64,000 nucleotides of DNA from Candidatus Bathyarchaeota archaeon (GCA_018397065.1 JAGTRI010000003.1:6742-70741); one strand, 5' to 3'. Counted from the first letter of the stretch, positions 1 to 10,290 are shown. Program-made: numbers and translations. The notes: generated by a model from the sequence alone, not told the origin.

Positions 1-2
1 GT

Positions 3-401
3 ACCTACGTCATTGTTGGCGATGGAGAAAGCACGGAAGGAATGATCTGGGAAGCCGCCATTTTCGCATCTCATTACAAACTTGACAACTTAACCGGCAT
101 AACTGATCAGAACAGGCTTATGGCTTCTGGCAGTACTATTGTTGGTTCTTTATCTCCAAAATGGCGTGCCTTTGGCTGGGAAACAAAAGAGATTGACGGA
201 CATAACATGAACGAAATTTTAGACGCGTTAGATTGGGCCTTAACAGTCAAAAATCGGCCAGTAATGCTGGTGTGTAACACAATTAAGGGTCGAGGAATTT
301 CGTTCGTCGAAAACAACGTGGACTTCCACCATTGTGCATTAACCAATGAGCAGTACGAAAAAGCGTTAAGAGAACTTAATGAGAAAGGAGGCAAAAAATA
401 A
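3..401 (+). CDS. Transketolase N-terminal (thiamine-diphosphate-binding) subunit, 5' end cut by window edge
   Basis: Frame open from nt 3 (TYVIVGDGESTEGMIWEA...) with the GDG-x3-EG ThDP/metal motif. Collinear with the matching part of the fused transketolase at 48095-49921. TAA stop overlaps the ATG of the next gene (TAATG). Confidence 0.85.
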   Translation, partial: TYVIVGDGESTEGMIWEAAIFASHYKLDNLTGITDQNRLMASGSTIVGSLSPKWRAFGWETKEIDGHNMNEILDALDWALTVKNRPVMLVCNTIKGRGISFVENNVDFHHCALTNEQYEKALRELNEKGGKK

Positions 402-1345
402 TGCAAAAGATGGAAGACATGAGAGACGCCTATGGAGAGGCACTTGCTCAGGTTGGCGAAGATCCACGTGTAGTAGTTCTAGATGCGGACTTGTCGCATT
501 CCAACAAAACAGACATTTTCAAGAAGAAGCATCCAGAAAGGTTTTTTGATGTTGGAATAGCTGAAGCTAACATGGTTGGAGTTGCAGCTGGACTTTCACT
601 TACTGGACTCATCCCGTTTATCCACACTTTTTCAGTTTTTGCCGTTGGACGGGTTTACGATCAGATTCGAATCTCAGTGTGCTATCAGAAAGCTAATGTT
701 AAGATTGTTGGAACAAGCGCAGGACTATCCGATGCCCATGACGGTGCTACACACCAATCAGTAGACGATGTGACAATAGCAAGAGTTTTACCAAACATGA
801 CAGTGATTGTGCCATGTGACGGAATAGAGGTAAGAAAGGCTGTAAGAGCCATTTACGAACATTTTGGCCCAGTCTATCTACGGATCGATCGTATGCCAGT
901 ACCATTTGTTTGGGAATCCATGGAGAATTGTCAATTTAAAATCGGCAAAGCCAGCATCCTAAGAGAAGGTTCTGATGTTACAATAATTGCGTCTGGATGT
1001 ACCGTTCACCTAGCTGTAAAGGCAGCTGACCAAATTTCCAAAATAGGCATAAAAGCTGAAGTTTTGGACATTCACACAATTAAGCCTATAGACGAAGAAG
1101 CCATAGTAAAGGCAGCTAAAAAAACAGGAGCTATCATAACAGCTGAGGAACACAGTGTGATTGGAGCTTTAGGAGGCGCCGTTGCGGAGGTTCTAGGCGA
1201 AAGGTATCCAGCACCATTAGAACGGATAGGCATAAAAGACAAGTTTGGCGAGTCAGCATTAGATTGGGATGACCTCTTAAAGGCTCATAATATTACTGCC
1301 GAAGCAATTGTTGATGCTGCAAAAAGGGTTCTTAAGAGAAAGTAA
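401..1345 (+). CDS. Transketolase C-terminal subunit (pyrimidine-binding plus C-terminal domain)
   Basis: 314 aa. DVGIAEANMVGVAAGL and DGATHQSVDD motifs of the transketolase/DXS Pyr domain. GGAGG about 10 nt upstream. Translationally coupled to the N-terminal subunit. Confidence 0.9.
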   Translation: MQKMEDMRDAYGEALAQVGEDPRVVVLDADLSHSNKTDIFKKKHPERFFDVGIAEANMVGVAAGLSLTGLIPFIHTFSVFAVGRVYDQIRISVCYQKANVKIVGTSAGLSDAHDGATHQSVDDVTIARVLPNMTVIVPCDGIEVRKAVRAIYEHFGPVYLRIDRMPVPFVWESMENCQFKIGKASILREGSDVTIIASGCTVHLAVKAADQISKIGIKAEVLDIHTIKPIDEEAIVKAAKKTGAIITAEEHSVIGALGGAVAEVLGERYPAPLERIGIKDKFGESALDWDDLLKAHNITAEAIVDAAKRVLKRK

Positions 1346-1357
1346 TTCTTTGGTATC

Positions 1358-2179
1358 CTAGAAGAGAATGTATCCGCCACAAACAGAGATGCACTGTCCA
1401 GTAACATAGTCTGAAAGGTCAGTAACAAGAAACTCAACAACTTTCGCTACATCTTCAGGCGTGCCTAGACGCCCTAATGGAATCTGCATTTCAAGACGTT
1501 TCGCAACTTCTCCCTTCCTTCCCTCTGCAACAGCTCTTGATGTAGCGATCCATCCCGGCGCTATACAGTTTACACTGATGTTATAAGGCCCAAGTTCAGC
1601 AGCAAGATAACGCGTGTAATGTATTATTGCTGCCTTTGCAACACTGTACGACATCGCATTAACCATCTCAGGAGCTACGTGCAGTCCAGCTTGAGAAGCC
1701 ACATTCACGATTTTCCCGTACCTTTGTTTTTTCATCGGAACACTCGCAGCTTGACAACAAAGTATTGTGCCAGTGAGATTAACGTCCATTATGAACTGGT
1801 GATCATCCATTGAAGCGGATGATGGATAAGTTACTGGCGTTCCAGCTTTAGCGCCAAGACGGTTAAGATTGCCTCCAGCATTATTGACAAGGATGTCGAG
1901 ACGCCCAAACTCGTCAAGTACTTGTTTAAACATACCATCAACCTGATCTTTTTTAGTGACATCCGCCTGAATTCCTATTGATTTCCTTCCCATGTTTTTT
2001 ATTTCGTCCATTACTGTGGAGGCTGAAAGTTTTTCGTTATAATCTTTTGCTGAGTCTAAGTTAATGTCGTTTACAACTACGTCTGCCCCGATTTGTGCTA
2101 GACGTAGGGCATAAGCTCTACCTAAGCCTCTTCCAGCTCCAGTTACTAAAGCTACTTTTCCTTGAAGTTTTAAAGACAT
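1358..2179 (-). CDS. Short-chain dehydrogenase/reductase (SDR) family oxidoreductase
   Basis: TGAGRGLG cofactor motif, NNAG, catalytic YSVAK (YxxxK). 273 aa. TAG stop. Confidence 0.85.
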   Translation of the reverse strand: MSLKLQGKVALVTGAGRGLGRAYALRLAQIGADVVVNDINLDSAKDYNEKLSASTVMDEIKNMGRKSIGIQADVTKKDQVDGMFKQVLDEFGRLDILVNNAGGNLNRLGAKAGTPVTYPSSASMDDHQFIMDVNLTGTILCCQAASVPMKKQRYGKIVNVASQAGLHVAPEMVNAMSYSVAKAAIIHYTRYLAAELGPYNISVNCIAPGWIATSRAVAEGRKGEVAKRLEMQIPLGRLGTPEDVAKVVEFLVTDLSDYVTGQCISVCGGYILF

Positions 2180-2246
2180 GATTAACCCCTTTCATTTTAA
2201 ATATTTTTTGACAATTTAAAGCTTCAAAAAGGTCGTAGATTGAAGT

Positions 2247-2864
2247 TTACCTTCTCTTTGCTAACAATAATGAAATTGTCTCAAATGCGACCTTCTTTTC
2301 ATTAACTACAATAGTCTTAAAACGTCGCTTCATAAATTGCTCTTTTGTTTTTTCGATGCTTGAAAGCGTGGATTGAACTAATAGTATTCGCCCATTAGGT
2401 TTTAGGTGCTTCGGCGCATCTCTAATGAAGCGACTAATTATTCTTCTTCCCGTTGCACCACCTGACCACGCATAATCAATCCAGCTGTTATGCCCTTCAT
2501 TTTTAATAGGCAAATATGGCGCGTTAAAAAGAACAAGATCGAACAACGCTTCCTTCCGTAGTGGTCCAAAAAGGTCTCCTTGTATCACGTCAATTTTGTC
2601 GAAGACTCCATTAGCAACAGCGTTGTACTTAACACATTTTACAGCACTTGGACTCACGTCAATCGCTACAACGTTTTTTGCTTTCTTTGCAGAGATAATA
2701 GATAAGATTCCGCATCCCGCGCCGATGTCAATAACATCCTCGTTTGGATTAACTTCCAGATTTTCCGCTATTAAAAACGAGTCTTCTGCTGGTTCATAGA
2801 CATCGTTGAAGACTATAAAGGTAAAATCATCATAAAAAACCTTTTTTTCATAGGATCCTTCCAT
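2247..2864 (-). CDS. HemK-related class I SAM methyltransferase (Mtq2/PrmC-like family)
   Basis: VIDIGAGCGILS SAM-binding motif I and LFNAPYLP (NPPY-type substrate motif, here NAPY). 205 aa. Confidence 0.7.
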   Translation of the reverse strand: MEGSYEKKVFYDDFTFIVFNDVYEPAEDSFLIAENLEVNPNEDVIDIGAGCGILSIISAKKAKNVVAIDVSPSAVKCVKYNAVANGVFDKIDVIQGDLFGPLRKEALFDLVLFNAPYLPIKNEGHNSWIDYAWSGGATGRRIISRFIRDAPKHLKPNGRILLVQSTLSSIEKTKEQFMKRRFKTIVVNEKKVAFETISLLLAKRR

Positions 2865-3056
2865 AGAAAATGCCCCAAAACATTAACTATGGCAATCATA
2901 CCGCGGAAATCTCGTAATTGCATGCATATTCATTATGAATAGAGATGACACAATCAAATAAATCTTGACATACACATGATACATTAGGATATTATCATTC
3001 TTTAAAGCCCAATAATAATATGAATGCTTCACAAAATAAAGTGAGGAGAAAAGGTG

Positions 3057-3746
3057 TCACCAAACTCCATCAACCTTCAAGTGAGTTAAATACCCCAGCG
3101 AACCAAACAATGACAATGAAAGAATCTTCGGTAAATTACCAATAGATAACGGAAAATTTCCAAATATAACAAAGCCCAAACCGATGAGAAATAATGAATA
3201 AACAGTCAACGATCTAAAGTTATGAAAAGTTTCCGTCGTTCTCCATCTTAAAAACACGCCAGAAAAAAGGAGCCAAATAAAAACTGGCGCAAAAAGAAGC
3301 AACGCATATTTTTTATGCCACTTTATTGGTTCAATTTCACCTTTATTTTTCCTGTTAATATATGCTGAAGGTAAGTCTGGAAGAAAATTACTGTAAAGAA
3401 AAATTAGAACGTTCCAGACTAATGAGTTAATTGGATTCTCCCCAAAATAATAGAAAAGGGCAAAGCCGTAGAGTATGACCATGGGTAAAATAATAAATTT
3501 GAAAACTTTCGAAAGCATGCGAAGATGCTCAACTGTTTCCTTCTTCATATACCAAACTCTTAGCCTCGAGTTTACAGTTCGATTCAAAGATCTGAAAAAT
3601 CCTAACACAGCATTGTGAAGGACAATATCCAAAACTACGAACATGTTATGAATGGTCTTGAATAGTTTCTTGATTTTGGAAATTGCCAGATAAGTCACCC
3701 TTTGATAGATGCATGGTTTGAGACTTATTTTTCTTTTGTAACTCAC
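3057..3746 (-). CDS. Hypothetical polytopic membrane protein
   Basis: Several hydrophobic helices (ILPMVILYGFALFYYF, LLLFAPVFIWLLFSGVF, VYSLFLIGLGFVIFG). No family recognised. The true start is probably an internal Met. Confidence 0.4.
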   Translation of the reverse strand: MSYKRKISLKPCIYQRVTYLAISKIKKLFKTIHNMFVVLDIVLHNAVLGFFRSLNRTVNSRLRVWYMKKETVEHLRMLSKVFKFIILPMVILYGFALFYYFGENPINSLVWNVLIFLYSNFLPDLPSAYINRKNKGEIEPIKWHKKYALLLFAPVFIWLLFSGVFLRWRTTETFHNFRSLTVYSLFLIGLGFVIFGNFPLSIGNLPKILSLSLFGSLGYLTHLKVDGVW

Positions 3747-3939
3747 ATCAAATGAAATGTTAAGAACGCTTAAATTTCCTGAAAAAGGAAATTGAAAAGA
3801 TTATCGAAACAAACTACAAATTTACCACAAATTTTTGGTTGAACAACAAATCTCTAAAAAAGCCTTAAAACAATAAGGGGTAATAAGCCTTAAATTAGAA
3901 GAACATGAAAGCATACTGCAAAAGACTAAGTGACATTTC

Positions 3940-5109
3940 ATGAGGAAGTTCCCGATACAGTTCTTGTGGCCTGTTTGCAGAAATCCAAGTCTCCTGAAGA
4001 GTTTCGCCAGAGGCGCTTACAGAAGATACGTTCAAGCAAAACTGGACTATCGACGGGAAGATGGAGTAAGCCGTTCGCTTTGGATGATAAGTCCAAGAAT
4101 CACACATCGCTGCAATCACCGATGTGCTATCTGTGCACAATGGGGAGAAAGCGGCTATAATGCGAGAGATGATACGCCTAAAGTTACGGGTGAGGTGCCT
4201 CTCGACGTTTACAAGAGGGTTGTAGACGAGGTTGCGCCCTTAAAGGTTCATTTCTACATAACTGGCGGGGAGCCTTTTCTTTACCAGCCGCTGGTTCCGC
4301 TTGTAAACTACATTAAACAGAAAGGTCTCACTGTGCAGATAGTGACAAACGGCGTTGGACTGGAAAAAAATGCTGAGACAATAGTTGAAAATGGCTGGGA
4401 CATGATCTGCGTGTCTCTTGACGGGCCAAGAGAAGTTCACGACCGATGTCGGGGAGTGCAAGGGGCCTACGATACGGCTGTCAAGGGAATAATGAAGATT
4501 CAAGAAATAAAGAAAGAAAAGAAGAAGGTGAAACCGCAGTTTTTCATGATTGCCACAATCTCCAAGACTAACGAGTCGATGCTTGTTGAGACCGTCAGAG
4601 AAGCCGAGAAACTAAGCCCAGACGGCATGGTAATCTACTATTCTTGGTTTACGAGAGAGTGGATCGGAGAAAACCACACTAAAATATTTCAGGAGAAACT
4701 AGGTGTTACACCGTTTGCTTGGAAGGGCTATGTCCGTGACACAACCAATATGGATGTTGACAGAATCGCTGAGCAAGTAAAAGTAATAAAGTCTGGAAAG
4801 TTCAAGATGCCCATCCTTTTTGTGCCGGACTTGAAGACGGATGAAATCAAAAAATACTATCATGAGCCGGAAAACTTTTTTGGTTACAAGAACTGTGTTA
4901 CGCCATGGTTTGAGTTAGACATAATGCCTAACGGCGATATTGTTACATGCAGAGATTTCCCAGACTACATCACAGGAAACATCAAGGAACAGAGTATTCT
5001 AGATATTTTCAACGGAGAGAGACATCGAAAATTCAGACAAGCCTTGAGAAGCTGCCAGAACGGCGTTTTCCCAATATGCTCTCGATGTTGCGGTTTGATG
5101 GGGTTTTAG
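3940..5109 (+). CDS. Radical SAM protein with C-terminal SPASM-like Cys-rich domain
   Basis: CNHRCAICAQW = CxxxCxxC radical-SAM cluster motif. GGEPFL. C-terminal Cys cluster (CVTPW...CRDFP...CQNGVFPICSRCCG). Confidence 0.8.
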   Translation: MRKFPIQFLWPVCRNPSLLKSFARGAYRRYVQAKLDYRREDGVSRSLWMISPRITHRCNHRCAICAQWGESGYNARDDTPKVTGEVPLDVYKRVVDEVAPLKVHFYITGGEPFLYQPLVPLVNYIKQKGLTVQIVTNGVGLEKNAETIVENGWDMICVSLDGPREVHDRCRGVQGAYDTAVKGIMKIQEIKKEKKKVKPQFFMIATISKTNESMLVETVREAEKLSPDGMVIYYSWFTREWIGENHTKIFQEKLGVTPFAWKGYVRDTTNMDVDRIAEQVKVIKSGKFKMPILFVPDLKTDEIKKYYHEPENFFGYKNCVTPWFELDIMPNGDIVTCRDFPDYITGNIKEQSILDIFNGERHRKFRQALRSCQNGVFPICSRCCGLMGF

Positions 5110-5461
5110 AGAACCATTATTCTTGTATATAAATAACTGCGTAATTTTTAATGACCATTTCAAATATATTCTCTTAAAGTATTATTTTTTAATAGGAATG
5201 CTTTTAATTGTTTATTGATAGATTTGTATGTAATTTTCAATAAGTTCTTTCGTAAGTCTATAAGATTAGGGGTTAAACTTTTTTGTATATCAGAAAAGAA
5301 ATATTTATAAATAAATGCATATACTTATTGCTAGAATTAAAACGATCTAGTACATTGAATTGAAATTGAGAACTTAAAAAAAGGACCTATTTCACCAATC
5401 AAGTTCAACAGTTATTGACGAAAACTAATATCAGAAGTTAAATGGCTCCTGAGAAATAGTA

Positions 5462-8194
5462 TTGGAGGGAAATAAAAGTTTGAGCAAAGAAAATGTTTGG
5501 CACGCCTACAAAGTTGAAAAAGTATTTGAAATATTAGAGACAAGTGAGAGAGGGTTAACAACCAGTGAAGCAGAGGAGAGGATCAGCAAATATGGATCAA
5601 ACGAGTTAGAAGAAGAAAAGAAATTATCTAAGCTAAATATGCTTGTAGACCAGTTGAAGAGTCCTCTCGTTGGCGTGCTTATCGCTGCAGCATTCATTTC
5701 GTCGCTAGCTGGTAAATTGATTGACACACTAGTTGTAGCGGTCGTCATAATCTTCAACACATCTATAGGATTCTTCCAAGAATTTAGGGCAGAATCTGCC
5801 CTACAGGCCTTAAAGTCTATGGCGGCACCTGAAGCTGAAGTCGTAAGAGACGGTATTGAAGTAAGAATAAAAGCGAAAGAAATTGTACCAGGAGATATTA
5901 TACTTCTGGATTCGGGAGACAAGGTTCCAGCTGATGCTCGTATTTTCGAAGCAGCGAACCTTGAGATAGATGAGTCCATGTTAACTGGCGAATCAATTCC
6001 TGTTAGAAAGAGTATTGACGAACTTAATGAAGAACTTGTTGTAGCAGATAGAATAAACATGGCTTTCTCCGGCACAATAGTAACTCAAGGAAGAGGCAAG
6101 GCGGTCGTTGTTGCAACCGGCATGAAAACTGAGATCGGAAAAATTGCAACACTAATAAAAGAGACTGAGAAAGTCGAGACTCCTATTCAGATGAGAACAA
6201 AGGATCTGACTAAGAAACTTGGACTGTTCGCTCTGTTAGCAAGCAGCTTAGTGTTGGCACTCAGCATCATTCGTGGCTTCGAATTTTATGAAACGTTTCT
6301 GTTTGCTTTAGCCACAGCAGTCTCGGCGATTCCTGAGGGCCTACCAGCTGTGATGACAATAACTTTGTCAGTTGGAGTTAACAGAATGGCTAGACGCAAT
6401 GCAATAATCCGTAAGCTTCAAGCTGTAGACACATTAGGCTCAGCCACAGCGATTTGCACTGACAAAACGGGGACTTTGACCACCAACCAGATGACTGTTA
6501 GAAAGATATTTGTGGATAACCGAATGATCGATGTCTCTGGCATCGGCTTTGTCCCTGAAGGGGAATTTGAAGTTAAAGGAAAGATGATAGACACCAAAAA
6601 AGATGAATCTCTTAGCCTTGCACTCCAAATTGGTGTCTTGTGCAATGATTCTCGGCTCAGGCTTCACGAAACGAGCAGTGGACCCAGATGGGAAATTTTT
6701 GGCGATCCGACTGAAGGCGCCTTGGTTGTCGCTGCAACAAAAGCCGGTTACCAAAAGGAGAAGTTGGAAGAGAAGTTCCCTCGAATCGACGAGATTCCAT
6801 TCAACCCAAGGGAAAGGTACATGGCTACATTCCATAGAACCTCGGAAAAAGAAATAAGGGTATGCATTAAAGGCGCACCCGAAACCATCTTGGAAAGATG
6901 TTCAGAAATTCTGGAGAAAGGCTTGATAAAGAAGTTATCCCAGAGAAAAAAGAAAGATATTCTCAAAGCCAGTACTGAAATGGCTAGCGAAGCATTAAGG
7001 GTCCTTGCCTTAGCCTATCAAACCATAGAAGTGGAAGATCTTGACGTTTTCAAGGAGAATATGCAGCACGGACGCGCTAAGCTAATCTTCGTTGGGCTCG
7101 CAGGAATGATTGATCCGCCTAGACCCGAAGCGAAGATCGCAGTGCAGCTATGTAAAAGAGCAGGAATTAAAGTTGTCATGGCAACTGGAGACCATAAACT
7201 AACTGGGGAAGCTATTGCAAAAGAGATAGGTATCCTTGAAGGCAACTCTAAAGTTTTCACTGGCGCCGAACTTGACGCTATGAGCGACGATGAACTAGAC
7301 GCGGTCATAGAAGAAACCTCTGTGTTTGCTAGAGTTTCACCAACACATAAATACCGCATCGTTGAATCTCTAAGGCGTAAAGGACACATTGTAGCTATGA
7401 CAGGCGACGGTGTCAACGATGCACCAGCCTTGAAGGCGGCCGAAATCGGCGTCGCAATGGGTATAACTGGAACCGATGTCACTAAAGAAACCGCTGATAT
7501 GGTCTTAGCTGATGATAACTTTGCAAGTATTGTTAACGCTGTTGAAGAAGGACGTGTGATATTTGAAAACATTAGAAAAGTCGTAAAATACTTGATCGCG
7601 ACAAACACTGGGGAAATAATCACAATATTAACTGCGCTGTCTCTTTTGTCTGGTGTGCCTCTCATCTTCACTCCTGTTCAGGTGTTGTGGGTAAATCTTG
7701 TCACAGATGGGTTACTCGACGTAACGTTGGCAATGGAACCGAAAGAGGAGGACGTCATGGATCAGCCTCCAAGAAAACCCGACGAGAAGATAATAAATAG
7801 GGATATCATGCTGAACACCCTTTATGTAGGTATTTTTATGGCAATAGGGACACTATGGGTCTTCACTAAGGAGTGGAACAATGGAGACCTTATTCGAGCA
7901 CAAACTTTAGGGTTCACCACCATGGCCATGTTCCAAGTGTTCAACGCACTTAACTGCCGATCAAGAACCAAATCAGTCTTCAAGATAGGGTTCTTCACCA
8001 ACAAATACTTGTTTGCAGCTATTATCGCTTCAGTTTCTCTGCAGATAATGGCGACGATTCTACCCTTCTTCCAAGTAGCACTGCGGACTGTGCCACTTTC
8101 AAGTTGGGATTGGCTAACTATAACTCTTGTTTCAAGCTCAGTTTTTATTGCAGATGAAGTTAGGAAATTTGTTAGAAGTAAGGTGAAAGGGTGA
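5462..8194 (+). CDS. P-type (type II, SERCA/PMCA-like) cation-transporting ATPase
   Basis: TGES actuator motif, CTDKTGTLT phosphorylation site, PEGLP in TM4, TGDGVNDAPALK hinge. 910 aa. Track start is TTG; an alternative TTG at 5480 lies 10 nt after GGAGGG. Confidence 0.9.
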   Translation: MEGNKSLSKENVWHAYKVEKVFEILETSERGLTTSEAEERISKYGSNELEEEKKLSKLNMLVDQLKSPLVGVLIAAAFISSLAGKLIDTLVVAVVIIFNTSIGFFQEFRAESALQALKSMAAPEAEVVRDGIEVRIKAKEIVPGDIILLDSGDKVPADARIFEAANLEIDESMLTGESIPVRKSIDELNEELVVADRINMAFSGTIVTQGRGKAVVVATGMKTEIGKIATLIKETEKVETPIQMRTKDLTKKLGLFALLASSLVLALSIIRGFEFYETFLFALATAVSAIPEGLPAVMTITLSVGVNRMARRNAIIRKLQAVDTLGSATAICTDKTGTLTTNQMTVRKIFVDNRMIDVSGIGFVPEGEFEVKGKMIDTKKDESLSLALQIGVLCNDSRLRLHETSSGPRWEIFGDPTEGALVVAATKAGYQKEKLEEKFPRIDEIPFNPRERYMATFHRTSEKEIRVCIKGAPETILERCSEILEKGLIKKLSQRKKKDILKASTEMASEALRVLALAYQTIEVEDLDVFKENMQHGRAKLIFVGLAGMIDPPRPEAKIAVQLCKRAGIKVVMATGDHKLTGEAIAKEIGILEGNSKVFTGAELDAMSDDELDAVIEETSVFARVSPTHKYRIVESLRRKGHIVAMTGDGVNDAPALKAAEIGVAMGITGTDVTKETADMVLADDNFASIVNAVEEGRVIFENIRKVVKYLIATNTGEIITILTALSLLSGVPLIFTPVQVLWVNLVTDGLLDVTLAMEPKEEDVMDQPPRKPDEKIINRDIMLNTLYVGIFMAIGTLWVFTKEWNNGDLIRAQTLGFTTMAMFQVFNALNCRSRTKSVFKIGFFTNKYLFAAIIASVSLQIMATILPFFQVALRTVPLSSWDWLTITLVSSSVFIADEVRKFVRSKVKG

Positions 8195-8200
8195 ATACTG

Positions 8201-9148
8201 ATGCCATCGAGATATCTGGTTGAACTCATATCCATTGAAGAGAAGAACACGTTGATGGAAGAATACAGCGAACGTCTTCTCTACGAAGAAAGAGCCGACA
8301 TATACGGCTGCTGCATCAAACTCTTAACAGACGTAAAGTATGTGAAGGAAAGATGGGAAGAAAGCTTCTATCCTATGTCCGCTCATGTACGTTCTCACGG
8401 AAGAATGGTGGTGACAGAAGAAAAAGATGGGGAGCAGCGTGTGCTATATAATCCGCTCTCAAAAACTGCCTTTCTGATAAATGTAGACTACTATGGTTGG
8501 GTTAAATCCATAGCTTTAAGCATTGCAAGCGACATTCTCGAGGATAGCCATGGCATTAACTCGGTTCATGGTGCTTGCGTGGACATCGATGGACAAGGAG
8601 TCTGCCTAATAGCACCCTCAGGAACAGGCAAGACAACACATACTTACGGTCTCCTTAGACTTAAAGGCGTCCGCGTCATATCCGACGACTGGTTCTTTGT
8701 TCGCTCGATGGCTGAACAGAATGTGGCGTTCGGGTCTGAGAAGAACTTCTACATTCAAGCGGACATAGCTGAAACATGGGGCGAATATAGGCGGCTCATT
8801 GAGAAGGCTGAATTTGACGCTAGGGGTAGGGCAGTTGTAAATGTCAGATGGATTGTTGGAAAAGGAAAAATACTTCCCCTCACCACATTGAGAACAGCTA
8901 TTTTGCTGAAACGCAATCCCGAAGAGGAGACGATCGTCAAAAAACTAACTTCTGACGAAGCTGCCCAATACATACAATCGGTAGACTTCTGCAATCCTCA
9001 TCTTTTAATTAGAGACCAACGCAAACATAATCTACGTGAACAGTTCTTCCGAAAGTTCTTTGGAGGCATTGAAACCTACATTGTCAATACTACACCACCA
9101 CCAGTTGAAACTCATAAAATAATAAAAGAAGAGGTTCTGAAGATATAG
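8201..9148 (+). CDS. Uncharacterised P-loop protein with HprK/PEPCK kinase-like signature
   Basis: HGACVDIDGQGVCLIAPSGTGKTTHTYGLL...VISDDWFF resembles the Walker-A region plus downstream DD of HPr kinase / ATP-PEPCK type enzymes. Starts 7 nt after the ATPase stop, with GGTGA upstream. Confidence 0.5.
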   Translation: MPSRYLVELISIEEKNTLMEEYSERLLYEERADIYGCCIKLLTDVKYVKERWEESFYPMSAHVRSHGRMVVTEEKDGEQRVLYNPLSKTAFLINVDYYGWVKSIALSIASDILEDSHGINSVHGACVDIDGQGVCLIAPSGTGKTTHTYGLLRLKGVRVISDDWFFVRSMAEQNVAFGSEKNFYIQADIAETWGEYRRLIEKAEFDARGRAVVNVRWIVGKGKILPLTTLRTAILLKRNPEEETIVKKLTSDEAAQYIQSVDFCNPHLLIRDQRKHNLREQFFRKFFGGIETYIVNTTPPPVETHKIIKEEVLKI

Positions 9149-9488
9149 TGACAAAAGAGAGGTACCCGTGAAATACGTAAAATTGGCATTGCAACCGTTA
9201 GTGGAAATGCTCTAAGAATGAACATTACAATCCGTTCATTGGCTTACATAACAATATATCACGAATTACTGATTATAAAAATCGAAAATATACCAAAAAT
9301 ATTTTGATGGATAAATTTTGCTTTTAGTGCCCGTTTGGTAAGGGAAGTAATCAATCTTATTGGTCCTTCTAATTTTTAATAAAGTTCAATTCTCAACCTG
9401 TTATTTGTTATAATCAATAAATATAGTGAAAAAGTTATAAGTATAAATAGTTATATTATATATATCACTCACATAAGAAGGTACACTC

Positions 9489-9788
9489 ATGTCAGAAGAA
9501 ATGGTAGTAACTGGCAATGAGGCAATAACGGTAGTTGATGCATTAACTTCGACGAGTTTAAGGATACTACAATTGCTTTCAAAGGAGCGGCTAGATGTTT
9601 CAATGATTGGTGAAAGATTAGGTTTAAGTGAAGCCTACATAAGTGAGCAGGTACGCCGATTGGAAGAACTTAAGTTAATCAGAGTAGACTATGAACGAGG
9701 TACAAGAGGAATCAGAAAGATGTGCCAAACGACAGTAAACAAGATAACAATAATAATCAAATCAGAAACAACACGAACAAACGGTTAA
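9489..9788 (+). CDS. ArsR/winged-helix family transcriptional regulator (small)
   Basis: LTSTSLRILQLLSKERLDVSMIGERLGLSEAYISEQVRRLEELKLI is a typical ArsR-like HTH. 99 aa. Confidence 0.6.
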   Translation: MSEEMVVTGNEAITVVDALTSTSLRILQLLSKERLDVSMIGERLGLSEAYISEQVRRLEELKLIRVDYERGTRGIRKMCQTTVNKITIIIKSETTRTNG

Positions 9789-9840
9789 GAGGCTTACAAG
9801 AACTGGCGTAGAAAGGAAAAATGTAGATAAATGTGAAAAA

Positions 9841-10065
9841 GTGACCGAAATGGTTCCAATTTATGAACATACAATCCACCGGTTTCTTTTTAAGAACGGT
9901 GGCTCAGCATTAAAAATGGAGATCTATAAAGCTCTTAGTGAAGATGATTCATCGAGAAAAACAATTGATGAAAAGTTGAGGATGATGGAACGTTTCGGAC
10001 TTGTCATTATCGATGGAGAGAAAGTAAAGGTAAAGAAAAACATACAGCAAAAATCCGGGTTCTAG
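9841..10065 (+). CDS. Small putative winged-helix protein
   Basis: 74 aa, GTG start. SALKMEIYKAL...LRMMERFGLVIIDGEKVKV resembles a wHTH wing. Weak evidence. Confidence 0.35.
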   Translation: MTEMVPIYEHTIHRFLFKNGGSALKMEIYKALSEDDSSRKTIDEKLRMMERFGLVIIDGEKVKVKKNIQQKSGF

Positions 10066-10290
10066 ATGGTCTAGAAAATGCGTAAGAAGAATTGTTAACC
10101 ATGCATCTTTAATATATCAAATCCAGTTATTGCTGGACAAAGTCTAATTGACGGGATGAAAACGTACATGGAAAAAGTCTGGGATGAAAATAATTCGGAT
10201 TCAGCATACAAAATACAATTGGTAACTAGCGTTTTTAGCATTCACCCTAATATATCAACCAAGAATACATGAAATATGGAGTCTTAAATA

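Noticed and set aside
5506-7671. Long antisense ORFs inside large genes (for example 5506-6075, 7018-7671, 41418-41885, 44810-45307, 26538-27110, 59205-59690, 49092-49496).
   Set aside because: These are shadow ORFs opposite strongly motif-supported genes. Their Ser/Ala/Thr-rich or low-complexity composition shows no motifs.
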